Shown here in pieces: positions 12,428 to 24,893 of a stretch of DNA of 64,000 bases; position 1 is the stretch's first letter, and each line of letters starts with the position of its first letter. Below the pieces are notes generated by a model that saw only the letters and a program-made list of their open reading frames with translations, had not been told where the DNA came from and searched no databases. Made by a program: the position numbers and the translations under genes. The stretch is from Mobula hypostoma (taxonomy: Eukaryota). Where the stretch lies: contig NC_086097.1 of NCBI RefSeq assembly GCF_963921235.1, positions 207,082,001 through 207,146,000 on the forward strand, written 5' to 3'.

Positions 12428-14140
12428 TATCAGCTTTGACTACGTTGGAACATGTACAGTATAGCAAGTATACAAGAAATGTGTGTTTATATTGGGCTTC
12501 TTTTGAATGAAGTATTGGGTTTGCTAAATGCAAAACTCCAAACTCAAACAAAGATCTTAAGTACTATTCAATATAGTTAACTATGGATATCCACAATAAA
12601 GGGAGACTATGCAGCAGCTAGTTAGTATCCAAAGAATAGCTCACTTCTCTGTTTATCCTCTACAGTGATAAACCTGCCAATGTCCAGTATTTGAGCAGAG
12701 GGTCCCCTTGCCCATCTAGGAGGAGATACTTCCAGCTAACAAAGTAGCTTATATAGAAACATAGAAAACCTACAGTACAATAGAGGCCCTTCAGACCACA
12801 AAATTGTGCCTAATATGTCCCTACCATAGAAATTATGAGGGTTACCCATAGCCCTCTCTTTTTCTAAGCTCCATGTACCTATCCAAAAGTCTCTTAAAAG
12901 ACCCTTTCGTATCCGCTTCCACCACCATTGCCAGCGGCCCATTCCACACACTCACCACTCTCTGAGTAAAAAAACTTAACCCGACATCTCCTCTGTACCT
13001 AATCCCCAGCACCCTAAATCTATGCCCTCTTGTGGCAGACATTTATAGTCATAGTCATAGTCATACTTTATTGATTCTGGGGGAAATTGGTTTTCGTTAC
13101 AGTTGCACCATAAATAATTAAATAGTAATAAAACCATAAATAGTTAAATAGTGATATGTAAATTATGCCAGGAAATAAGTCCAGGATCAGCCTATTAACT
13201 CAGGGTGTCTGACCCTCCAAGGGAGGAGTTGTAATGTTTGAAGGCCACAGGCAAGAATGACTTCCTATGACGCTCTGTTGCATCTTGGTGCATCTCATTT
13301 CAGCCCTGGGAAAAAGCCTTGACTATCCACACGATCAATGCCTCTCATCATCTTATACACCTCTATCAGGTCACCTCTCATCCTCCGTCGCTCCAAGGAG
13401 AAAAGGCCAAGTTCACTCAACGTGTCTTCATGAGGCATGCTCCCCAATCTAGGAAACATACTTGTAAATCTACTCTGCACCCTTTCTATGGTTTCCACAT
13501 CCTTCCTGTAGTGAGGCAACCAGAACTGAGCACAGTACTCCAAGTGGGGTCTGACCAGGGTCCTATATAGCTGCAACATTAGCTCTCGGCTCCAAAATTC
13601 AATTTCACGATTGATGAAGGCCAATACACCGTATGCCTTCTTAACCACAGATTCAACATGTGCAGCTGTTTTGAGCGTCCCACGGACTTGGACCCCAAGA
13701 TCCCTCTGATCCTCCACACTGCCAAGAATCTTACCATTAATGCTATTTTCTGCCATCATATTTGACCTACCAAAATGAACCACTTCACACTTATCTGGGT
13801 TGAACGCCATCTGCCACTTCTCAGCCCAGTTTTGTATCCTATCAATGTCCCGCTGTAATCTCTGACAGCCCTCCACCCTATCCACAAGTTTAAACAGTTC
13901 ATTTAGTTTTAGTGATACATGTTTAAATTTAGATAAAATTCGTAAAACACATTTAAAACTCAAATGATTTCTACCTTATAAATGGTTTCCCAAATACAAA
14001 CAATTTCTAAAACATAAATAGTTTCCAAAGCATGGGTACAATTCCTAAAGATAAAAAGATAGCCCAAATAGTTACAGATGAATGATTCATCCATTGCAGA
14101 AACTGAAGGCACAGAAATGGATTTTCATCCTCTATTCTTC
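12428..14140 (-). repeat. 3' copy of ERV terminal duplicated block (putative 3' LTR portion), split by CR1 12753-13885
   Basis: 12515-12750 aligns with 33141-33360 and 13886-14140 with 33355-33612 at ~73-74% identity by manual count. Confidence 0.75.
12753..13885 (-). mobile_element. CR1 3' fragment with nested Rex1/Babar 3' end (13045-13293)
   Basis: LQRDIDRIQNWAEKWQMAFNPDKC...RPHLEYCAQFW; nested piece nearly identical to 37676-37910 with (catagt)n tail. Confidence 0.9.
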
Positions 14141-14155
14141 TATCATACAGTTACT

Positions 14156-14583
14156 GTATGAGGAATGTCTGGCAGCTCTTGGCTGGATTCCCTGAAGTTC
14201 AGGAGAAAAAGGGGGAATCTCCTAGAAACATTTCCAATCTTAGAAGGTCTGAACAGATTAGATATGGCAAAGTTATTTCCCATGGTAGGGGAATCTAGGA
14301 CAAAAGGGATGTCCACTTAGAACAGAGATGCGGAAAAATTGCTTTAGTCAGAGGGTGGTAAATCTATTGAATTTGTTGCCACGAGTGGCTGTAGAGGTCA
14401 AGTCATTGGGTGCATTTAAGGCAGAGATAGATAGGTATTTCATTAGCCAGGGCATCAAGGGATATGGGGAGGAGGCAGGGGAGTGGGGATGACTGGAAGA
14501 ATTGGATCAGCCCATGATTGAATGGTGGAGCAGACTCAATGGGCCAAATGGCCTCCTTCTGCTCCTATATCTTATGGTCTTAT
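14156..14583 (+). mobile_element. CR1 3' fragment
   Basis: YEECLAALG...GLNRLDMAKLFP; ends tcttatggtcttat; same subfamily as 30262-30700. Confidence 0.85.
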
Positions 14584-15307
14584 CATTCTTCTTGATGTTC
14601 CTGGACCGTTGCTAACAAATTTTACATTTGTACTGTATTTTTTTTACCATTTGGGTTAATTTACATGGATGTGATATTTTTTCAGGCACACTTTCACACA
14701 GCTGGGAAAAGCTTACAGGGGCAGAGTTCCAAAGCACTCAAAGTTAATGCTATGAAGCTGACTCTTTGAGTACACAAACCTTCCAACTATTAATAGATCA
14801 GCTATTCCATGTGCTTAGGTGATAGTATCAATCTGGTCTGCCAGCTTCTTTGAACTGAATAACTTGGGCGGTATTGTCTGGTTTTACACCAGCCAATTAA
14901 TATAATCCCGGTGTCTCAGACTAAACCTCCTGAGGAATCAGCCTTGAACTGTGGGCCATCAGTCTGTGCTCTATAGACAGTGCTGTTTGCTTGCAAAGCT
15001 GTCCTTTTAACTTTAGACTAGTTGCTGCTTGTAATTTAGATTACAAACTGAGGACTAGCTCCCATTTATAACAAGAAGCTGAGCAAAGAATATTGATTGG
15101 AAGTTTGACTTACTCAGAAATAACTTTAGGTCTCTAGAAGTTTCAGCTGCTATGTTTAGATAGCTGAACTTAGCAAAAAGTTGCCCTGTCCATGGGCTGA
15201 ATATCCATCACACTCCCTTCATGCTAAGTGAAAATTTCTAACCCAACTTCTCGCTATGGAAACCAGCTTCGAGATCAGAGTCCAGCTAAGACCCACCTGG
15301 GAGTAGA

Positions 15308-15690
15308 CTATTTCTCCACCCACTGTTCCAGTAAGTTACAGATGCAAGAAGAGCCCTCCTTGACTGGATTTTGAAAGAATTTATTGAGTCCTTCCCAATG
15401 TAAGAGTTTCTGTGTGAATTTCTCTTTGTATACTTCCTTAATCTCAGCTTCACGTTTCCAAAACCTCAAAGGATTATTACACTCACAATTTTTCCAATAA
15501 TGCACAACAGCAACACATGTTAAGTCCATATTATAAATCCATATTAGTTCATCTTTAAATTTTTCTTCACAAACAGTTCTCGCAGTTTTCCTTGTTGCAA
15601 GTTTGGATCACAGTCTTTATCACCTGGTAATGTTCATCAGTTGCTCATGTTTTTCACTGCGCTGAAGATAGTTCATTTCATTCATAAAGG
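15308..15690 (-). pseudogene. Candidate Cys-rich retroviral accessory ORF downstream of env
   Basis: Open stretch ...VCEEKFKDELIWIYNMDLTCVAVVHYWKNCECNNPLRFWK...CICNLLEQWVEK*; adjacent frame upstream reads TCNKENCENCL; not part of any recognised TE; position matches foamy accessory region. Confidence 0.5.
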
Positions 15691-18600
15691 TATAACAAGT
15701 GTAGGCAGAATGGTAGTTCAGGCAGTGTCATGTTCCTCCTGTGAGATGAGGGATGTCAGGGTACCTAATGGTCTCCCTGATAACTACTTTTGCAGGAAGT
15801 GCATCCAACTGCAGCTCCTGACTGACAAGGTCAAGGAACTGAAAGAGGAGCTAGATGTACTCAGGGCCATCTGGGAGGCTGAAAACCTCTGAGGTGAGAC
15901 ATTTACTGAGGTAGTCACACCCAGAGTGTAGGCTTCAGATAGGAGAAATAAGGGGAATAAGCAGTTTTTGCAGTCCCCTGTAGCCACTCCCCTCAACAAG
16001 TATACCCCTGCTGGGGGGATGACCTATCAGGGTAGAGCAGCAGCAGCCAGTCAGTGGCACTGTAGCTGACTGTGAGGCTTAGCAGGGAAGGGTAAAATCA
16101 GGTAGAACAATCGTGATAGGAGACGATAGTTAGGGAGACCGACTGCAGATCCTGTTGCCGTGAAAGAGAAGCCAGGATGGTGGGTTGCCTCCCAGGTGTT
16201 AGGTCCCAGAATGTCTCAAAAAGGCTGCAGAAGATTCTGAAATGGGAGGGTGAGCAGCCAGATTTGTGGTGCACATTGGTACCAATGCCATAACTAGAAG
16301 GGTGTTAGAGGTTCTGTGTAGTGAGTAAAGGGAGTTAGGGAAAAGGTCAAAGAGCAGGACCTTCAAGGTAGCAATTCCTAGATTACTCCTGGTACCATGT
16401 GCTATTCAGGGCAGGAATAGGATGATAGTACAGGAAAACGAGTGGCTGAGGGTGTGGTGAAAGGGGGAGGATTTCGGTATGCTGGATCATTGTGATTTCT
16501 TCTGGAGAAGGTATGGTTTGGTATAAAAAGTACAGGTTACACCTGAATCCAAGGGGGACCAATATACTTACGGCCAGGTTTGTTAGAGCTGTTGGGGGGG
16601 GGGGCGCGGGTTTAAACTAATTTGGCAGGAGTTTGGAATTGGAGTAATAGGGCTGAGGATAGGGCAGTTAGTATACAAGTCGATACAAGTGTGTAGTGAA
16701 ACTATCAGAAAGAACAGGAAGATGTTAAGGCAAAATTGCAGTCAGTGGAAGCAGAATTAAGAAGGGTGATGCATACAGGACTGAAGGTGTTATACAGGTT
16801 TCCCCCGCCATCCGAAGGTAGAGCGTTCCTATGAAACGATTCGTAAGCTGGAATGTCGTAAAGCGAAGAAGCAATTACCATTTATTTATATGGGAAAATT
16901 TTGTGAGCGTTCGCAGACCCAAAAATAACCTACCAAATCATGCCAAATAACACATAAAACCTAAAATAACAGTAACATATAGTAAAAGCAGGAATGATAT
17001 GATAAATACACAGCCTATATAAAGTAGAAATACTTTTCCACAATCATCGCCTACACTATTGTCCATAGCGAAAATCTCACGCAAATTCTCTTGGCAGAAA
17101 ATCTCACACAAGTGCTGTTGGCAGAAACACTCTCTCCAGTAACCTTTAAGCTATGAAGCTGCCAAATCATACCAAATAACACGTGAAAATACACAGATTA
17201 TATAAAGTGGAAATAATGTATATAGAGTGTAGTATCACTTATGGCAATTGGGAAGACAGCTTGCCGAGCACACTGATGATGGTGTGTTAGATTGAGTTGT
17301 CGGAGTTTGGGTGGTGCAGTGGCCCCCACCCTTCGGGCAGCGACCCGCGAAGCATGCAGCGGTAGCCGGGAGGCACACAGCACATCTTTAAGAAAAAAGC
17401 CGAAATAAACAAGCTAATTAATTAGCTGCTGCCTGGCACGTAATGAATTGGCATGTTTATTTCGGCTTTTTTCTTAAAGATGTGCTGTGTGCCTCCCGGC
17501 TACCGCTGCATTCTCCGCGAATCGGTATCTGTCCGGGGCCTGGGGGTTGGGGTGGTGGGACACTGGGGTGTCATCTCATCGTCGTCTGTTTCCATTAGGG
17601 CAGGCAGCTCATCTTCTCCTATGACTGCCCGCCTCAATGTCGAAAGTCAAGGTTCGTTGTCTGCTGTGGCTGATGTGGAAGGCTTGCTTGACTGCTGAGC
17701 CTCGCGCACTTTTCTATCATACAGTCCTTTGTAAGTACTCAAACCATTCTGCAAATATCCCCTAAACCTACGTACCCTTTCAAAATTAAAGTCATACTTT
17801 ATCATTGCAGCGAAAATATCACGCAGTTGCTTTACGTTCAGTTCGCTACTAAATTCGGTTTCGATTGTTATCCTTTCCTCTTCCAATTGCATCAGCTCTT
17901 CATCTATCAGTTCTTGGTCATGGGATGCCAAAACCTCTTCAACATCATCTTCGTCAGCTTCCACAAGCCAAAGTCACGTTGTCCTTACTTCATTCACCAC
18001 GATCAAAACGCTTAATTATGTCTAGTTTTACGCTAAGTGTAACACCCTTACGGGCTCTTTCAGGTTTTTCCGACACCTTAGAACTCACCTTGCAAATGGC
18101 TGCTCACAGGCACGTGTTTAAGTAACGCCGGCTAGAATGCAGTTCCGAATCCGGGGGAGAGCGGCTGCTCGGGGCGCGCGCTGCCTTTTATCGTGCGGTG
18201 CTTTTTTCGCACGCTGATTTTTTTTTATCGTGCACTGCTTTTTTCGTAACAGTGAAAACACCTTCTGTTAGCAAAAACAGGGTACTAATGTAGGTCTTTC
18301 GTAACAGTGAGGTATCGTAAAACGAACGTTTGAAAAGTGGGGGACACCTGTATTTGAAGAAATGCAGTCTGTGGAATAAGGTAGATGATCTTGTAGCACA
18401 GTTAGAGATTGCCAGGTATGGTATTGTGGGCATCACTGAGTCATGGCTGAAAGAAGATTATAACTGGGAGCTTAAGACCAGAGGATACGCCTTGTATAGA
18501 AAGGACGGGCATGTAGGCAGAGGGGATGGGGTGGCTCTGTTCGTAAAAAATCAAATCAAATCCTTAGAAGGTGGTGACATAGGATCAGAAGATATAGAAT

Positions 18601-20243
18601 CATTGTGGGTAGAGTTAAGAAATTGCAAGGGTAAAAAAGGTTGAAGAGTTATAAGGAAAGATTGAATAGGTTAGGACTTCATTCCTTGAAACGTCAAAGA
18701 CTGAGGGAGATTTGATGGAGGTATACAAAATTATGAGAGGCATACTGTAGATAAGGTAAATGCAAGTAGGCTTTTTGTACTGAGGTTGGGTGGGACTACA
18801 TCTAGAGTTCATGTGTTGAGGGTGAAAGGTGAAAAGGGTGAAAGGGAACATCAGGGGAAACTTCTTTATTCAGCAGATTAGGAGAATATCGAACGAGCTG
18901 TCGGTGAAAGTGGTGCACGCAAGCTCGTTTTCAGTGTGTATGAGAACCTTGGATAGTACATGGCTGGCAGGGGTATGAAGGGTTATGGTCCAGGTACAGG
19001 TCAACAGGAGTAATTAGTTTAAATGGTTCAGAACAGACTAGATGGGCGGAAAGGCCTGTTTCTGTGCTGTAATTTTCTATGACTGTGAATCTGTCAGAGA
19101 AAAGATGAAATATGAAGGTAAGCTAGCCAATAATATAAAAGAGGATACAATTTTTTTCTAATATATAAAGCATAAAAGAGAGGTGAGTGGATATTGGAAC
19201 ACTGAAAAATGATGCTGGAGAGTTTGTGATGGGGAACAAAGAAATGGTGGAATATGGAAGACACTAGCAGCATGCCAGACATCCAAAAGTGTCAGGGGGT
19301 GTAGCTGCTATTACTAAGGGGAAGGTGCCTGGAAATCTGAAAGGTCTGAAGCTTAAGTCACCTGGATGGTGACTTGATGGTCTATATGCAGGGTTCTGAT
19401 AGAGGTAACAGAAGAGATTTTGGAAGCATTCGTAATGATCTTTCAAGAATCACTGGATTCTGGAATTGTTCCAGGGAACTGGAATACTGCAAATGTCATT
19501 CCGCTCTTTAAGAAGAAAGGGAGGCAAAAGAAAGGTAATGAGAGGTTAGTTAGCCTGACATCTATGGTTGGAAGGTGCTGGGGTCGATTACTAAGGATGA
19601 GGTTTCAGGATAGTTGGAGGCACATGAAAAAGTAGGCCAAAATCAGCATAGTTTCCTTCAGAGGAAATCCTGACTGAAAAATCTGTTGGAATTCTTTGAG
19701 GAAGTAACAGGCAGGACAGACATAGGAGAGGCAGCAGATATTGTTTACTTGGATTTTCAGAAGGCCCTTGACAAGGTAATGCACATGAGGCTAAACAGGG
19801 AGAAAATTCAAAAATCTAAACAGTATAGGGACTTATGAGTCCTGAATAGGATTTCCTAAAGGTAAACTTTTAGGTTAAGTCAGTGGTAAGGAAGGCAATT
19901 GCAATGTTAGCATTCATTTCAAGAGGACTAGAATATACTGGAAGAGGAAGGATGTGATGTTGAGGCTTTATATGGCATGAGTTAGACCACACTTGAATTA
20001 GTGAGCAATTTTGGGACCCTTATCTAAGAAAGCATTTGCTGGCATTGGAGATGGTCCAGAGGAGATTTATTCACCCGGGAATGAAATGGGTTAATGCATG
20101 AGGAGAATTTGATGGCTCTTGGCCTGTACTCTTTGGAGTTTAGAAGAATGAGGGTGGATTTCATTGAAACCTCTTGAATATTAAAAGGCCTAGATACAGT
20201 GGAGATGGAGAGGATACTTCCTATAGTGGCCACGTCTAGGACC
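15690..20243 (+). mobile_element. Degraded near full-length CR1 with nested Tigger and CR1 3' piece (18643-19085)
   Basis: ORF1 zinc finger CSSCEM...CRKCIQLQLL, esterase, EN IVGITESWL, RT DFQKA, 3' ERILP. Confidence 0.85.
16795..18350 (-). mobile_element. Internally deleted Tigger/pogo DNA transposon
   Basis: TA|caggtttccccc ... gggggacacctg|TA; minus-strand remnants of N-terminal HTH (RKGVTLSVKLDIIKRFDRGE) joined to acidic C-terminus (DDVEEVLASHDQELIDEEL); no DDE core. Confidence 0.85.
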
Positions 20244-20244
20244 T

Positions 20245-21818
20245 ATTTGGCGGGTAATGTTATCAGTGCAAACCCCAAACTCTAACATTATCAATTAGTC
20301 TCCAACAGTAAAATTTGTGATTGCTTTTTCTGCCTCAGTTTTCAACTTGTAGTGGAAATCAATCAGAAATATAATTGGATTCGTCTGACACCAACAGTTC
20401 AGAACTAATTTTTGTTGCAAAGTATTGTTCGCACAAGAGCACAAACTATATATGACTGTTTGATTAAGGGCAAATAGGAAATCTAGATAAATACAATACA
20501 CTATGTGACTCAAATCTCCAAAAAGTTTATTAGTTGCAGTTGAACAAGGAAGAAATCATTTTCATTTTATCTTACCTTCTACTCCTGTGCACCTTTCCAT
20601 CTTGTCTTCCCACGCAAAAGCTGGATCAAGAGCTTTGCTGAATCATTTAGAATACAAACGTAATGCAGAAAGTTGTTATGTTATCTTTGACATTTAACGA
20701 TGGAGTGGAATAGTGGCTATAACTGAAGAAATAGAAATGTCTGAAATCATTGTAGCAAGTATGTTCGTATACTTGTTCGCCAAAAAGGGAAAGTACAATG
20801 AGATATCCATCTAATGTAGAAGAGACTTCATTAAAAATTGCTTTTTCACAAAGTTCTAGTCTAACAGTTTTAATGTCATGTTTCTATGAGTGGGACCATT
20901 CAATGACATAACATGGTCTATACTTTTCTTCAAGTGTAAAGGGATCCATGTCAGGGATTCCTCAATCAGTTTACCTTCAATATCTGGCCTGGAACCTTTC
21001 AGTTTTTTTAGGGTGTCATTAATCAGTTCCACAAGTGATTTTTTGCCTTCCCATGCATCTATGTTCATTTTGTCTGCAAGACAGTCAGAGTGAGTGTTTA
21101 ATCATAAACAAGAGAAAATCTGCAGATGCTGGAAATGCAAGCAACACACACAAAATACTAGAGGAACTCAGCAGGCCAAGTAGCATCTATGGAAAAAAGT
21201 TCAGTTGAAATGCCAACTTTTCTTTTCCCTAGATGCTGCCTGGCCTGCTGAGTTCCTCTGGCATTTTGTGTGTATTGTCTAGAGTGAATGCTTAAGTGGA
21301 CAAGGTCAATAACTTCAGCAGAGGAATGGGTTAAAGGTATCAGTGTATTAGTTCACATATGACCAAGGTGTAGGGGCCATTTGGTGATATTTAAATTAGA
21401 ATCATCATTACTTGTGGAGCTTCTTAATCTGATATTCTCTTGAGTCATTGTTTAGGTGTGCCTGAGCTAGATGAGACAATTTCCTTGACTGCAAAAAAGT
21501 GAATGGTAAATAAGGCACCACTGAACAATATTATTGTAAGTACATACATTAAAAGTAAAGGATAGGAAAAACAACACTTTTTCCTGGAGTCTGAGTCTTC
21601 GTTATTCTGGAAAAAAACCAATGCATTTTGGGTGTATCATTCCTGGGCAATGCATCTGTGAGAACTTCCTCAAGCATATAAGAATTTTCACATTTCTTTT
21701 TAGATCTAAACATGTGTTTTATCTTTTCAATACTTTACACCCTCACCTGCATGCCCAGTGGAGTGTAGGGTTTCTGTGGTGGACCCACATACTGGTCTAA
21801 TACAAGGGTTCTACTCAT
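20245..21818 (-). pseudogene. env: Foamy-like env: leader peptide and N-terminal SU (TM part missing)
   Basis: ATG 21818; ~75-aa N-terminal tail, hydrophobic LLLMYVLTIILFSGALFTIHFFAV, decayed furin site (R>stop)LKR at 21436-21447; KKSLVELINDTLKKL and VYEHTCYNDFRHFYFFSY resemble PFV SU KKLLTEMVNEEMQSL and QYIHRKCYQEFANCYLVKY. Confidence 0.8.
21105..21279. mobile_element. Palindromic mini Penelope insertion inside ERV env
   Basis: Inverted pseudo-LTR arms; degenerate ~15-bp TSD agagtgagtgtttaa / agagtgaatgcttaa. Confidence 0.8.
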
Positions 21819-22957
21819 CCTTGGGGAATAAATCCTGCTGGGGTAGTTTTGATGTTGTCTATGGAAGCAATTTTACTTACAGCTTTGTTTTCCCCTCCCA
21901 GTTTGTTTCAGCTATCACAGTCTTAACATTGGTAACCTGGGTAACAAGGCAAGGATGTTTCCATCTGGGAAAGAAACTTGGATTGGAATTACTTTTATGG
22001 AATTTATTTTACCGCCCCCTTTTTATGGTATCCAAACTTTCTTATCAGATTTCTTTGCTTTCTCTTGAATTTTCATAAACTCTCTCAATTCCTTAAGGAG
22101 AGTTGTATCAGGTGTAGGTGATGGTTGGCCTGAGTTAGCAATCAGAGGTGTATTTAGATGGACATTGTAAATCATGAAATAAGGTGTAACATTCTTGTGT
22201 ACTCCTATTTTCACAATTGGCATATTATTTACGGACAGATGCACTTCAGGAACAAATGAAGCTCACTTTTGGACTCTAGAGTAGATCAGTTTTACCAGGC
22301 CTTAACCTTCGCTCCACTGTGCCATTCCACTGGAGGTGGAATGGTGTGCTGTACTTCACTTGCATTTCAGCTTGTTCACGCATGGCTTGAAAGCCTTTAC
22401 CAGTGAAGGAAGAATCCCAGTGGGCATGTATGTAGGCAGAAGTGCCACCATGTGGTGTGCTGTTACAGTTGCACCCTCACTACCAGAAGTCATTAGGACT
22501 ATCCACATATATCCAGTACAATGATCCACTATCACAAGAATATACTTATTAAGTTTCCAATAAGGTGGGTTGGTTTGTGATGCCAGAAGTGGGCCTACAT
22601 AAATAACTTACTACACCTGCATTGGTGCAGCTAGTTTTGTTTGTCTTATAGGAGGTGGTCTTGTGACTGCTCCTTTATTATTGGCTAATCATCCCTTGCA
22701 ATTTGCAACAGATTACTTACAATCACTCAACATGTAAGGCCACCGGTATAACATGGCTAATTTTCCATGAGTGGCTTGTCCACCGTCATGATTGTGTCCA
22801 AACCTTTGGTGGGATTCTTGAATCAGTAATTCCTGCTTATAGACAGGAGGTATTTGCTTCTTATATTTTTTTAGGATGGCATACCCAAACCTTACTTCAC
22901 CATCAGCTTCATATTTGTACTGTGCTGGAAATCCTTTGACTACATCCAGTAGCACTT
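21815..22957 (-). pseudogene. pol: Foamy-like integrase
   Basis: KGFPAQYKYEADGEV (NED; PFV KGYPKQYTYFLEDGKV), IPP...H..H...WPYM, YVGPL, YILVIVDHCTGYMW, YSTPFHLQWNGTVER, NTPLIAN, PRWKHPCLVTQVTNVKTV, SIDNIKT. Confidence 0.92.
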
Positions 22958-22959
22958 AG

Positions 22960-23865
22960 ATCCACAGTGATGAAGTGCTTTGAGAGGTTGGTGAAGAAAT
23001 ATATCAACTTCTGCCTGAGAAGTGACTTGGATCTGTTCCAATTTGCCTACCATGACTAAGAGGTCAACAGCAGATACCATTTTATTGGCTGTTCACTTAA
23101 CCCTGGAACTTCTGGACAGCAAAGATACGTATATCAGGATGCTCTTCATTGACTATAACTTGTCATTCAGTACTATCATCTCCTCAAAACTAATCAATGA
23201 GCCTCAAGATCTCAGCCTCAATACCACCTTGTGCATCTGGATCATTGATTTCCTTACTTGCAGACACCAGACAGTTCAGATTGGCAGCAACATCTCCTCC
23301 ACAGTCTCCATCAGCATAGGTGCACCACAAGGCTGAGCGCTTAGCCCCCTGATCTACTCACTTCACATTTATCACTTGCCTAATGCTATATTCAAGTTTG
23401 CTAATGTCACCACAGACAGAGGCCAAATCAAAGATGGTGATAAATCATTATTTAAGACGGAGATTGAAAATCTGGCGAGTGGTGTCAGAATAATAAACTC
23501 AGGATGAAGGTAAAGGAGCCTCAGGACTCACACCACCACAGTTATTACACCTCAGTCATCAGGCTCTTGAACCCGAGGGGATAGCTACACTTGCCCCATT
23601 ACTGAACTGTTCCTACAACCTATGGACTCAGTTTCAAGGTCTCTTCATTTCATGTTCTTGATATATATGGCGTACTTTTTTTCTTTTTTTCTCCCTTTAT
23701 GTATTTGCACAGCTTGTTTATGTTGCAGTCTTAGTTTACAGTCTTCCATTGATTCTGTTGTGTTTCCTGTACTTACTGCGAATATCGGCAAGAAAAGGGA
23801 TCTCAGAATTATATATGGTGACATATATACTTTGATAACACATTTACTTAAATCTTTGAACTTTG
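22960..23865 (+). mobile_element. Rex1/Babar-type LINE fragment inserted at the RNase H/integrase junction
   Basis: RSTADTI...IRMLFIDY...WIIDFLT...GAPQG; ctttgaactttga tail. Confidence 0.85.
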
Positions 23866-24893
23866 AGATTGGGTTTAGGGAAGTTCTTAAACATGATTCT
23901 GGTTATTTTTTATTTGTCGCTTAGTTACTACGCTTCCCTTAACATTGTAATATCAATCCCAACAGCTTGTTTTGCTGTTCATCGATCTATTTATTACCAT
24001 CGCTGTGTCAGAGGCCTGCAGTATGTCCCATGATGTGTAACACCTGAACTAATGGCAGTGTGAATAGTAGTTCATAAATATTCTTCCACAGTTTAGCTCT
24101 GTGCATTCTGCATCCAGTAGTTGACCAGCTGAGATCTCTTTCTACTGCATTCCCAACATAATTAGATCCAGTACATATCAAGGCTGGGTCTGTTGTTTAC
24201 TTGTTTTAGACATCATTCTAGAGTTTTAGCCTCTGCAAACTGAGTTACATGATTCCCTAAAGATGCACTTGCAACTTTCAACTTCAGCTTCCAACAAAAA
24301 TTTCCTTTAATAATCCCTGCTCCTGTCAGTAATAGAGTGGATTCATATGTCTGGACTTTCATTGTTGATCCATCACAGTACCATCGTTGAGAATAATGCT
24401 TCAAAGGATACTATGCGACATTGGATTGTGGAGAAGGCGGTTCTGCATCTTCCAAGACAAGTAAGGATTGTGCGTCGTAGCTCTGAGGAAGGTATTCCCA
24501 CTTTAAGCTGTCATCTTGTTATAGTGTTTGCCGTTTCCCATTTTAGTTATGATCATGTGTTGGTATAGTAATTAGTTTGCCCCTTTGCAATGGTCTTACT
24601 GCAGTAAGTGTATGGATTCCATAGGAAGACATTCATCTAAGGCAGTAAATTATAGTTCTGTTGGGGTGAAGTTAAATGTGGCATTGTGTATGGGAGCTTG
24701 TGTTCCTCCTTCCTCATTATAGCAGGTGGCTGCAGCATTTTTTTAGAGATACACAAATATACACAACAAGAGATTTTGTTTGGTCTCTTGTTCGAAGGTC
24801 TATTGCTTGTTGAACTGCATTCATCAAATTCTCTAGTGCTTATTGATCTTCTGGGGTAAAAGCAAAGGTATTTTCATTTTTTGGTGTATATCA
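23865..24893 (-). pseudogene. pol: Foamy-like RT connection domain + RNase H
   Basis: YNEEGGTQAPIHNATFNFTPTEL*F (PFV YYNETGKKPIMYLNYVFSKAELKF); WYCDGS, GAGII, LGNHVTQFAE (PFV LGNHTAQMAE), TGSNYV, LWKNI, HIMGH...HSDGN. Confidence 0.92.

Noticed and set aside
13295..13963. 222-aa ORF as a gene
   Set aside because: Chance fusion of ERV terminal-block sequence (first ~26 aa) to a CR1 RT fragment.
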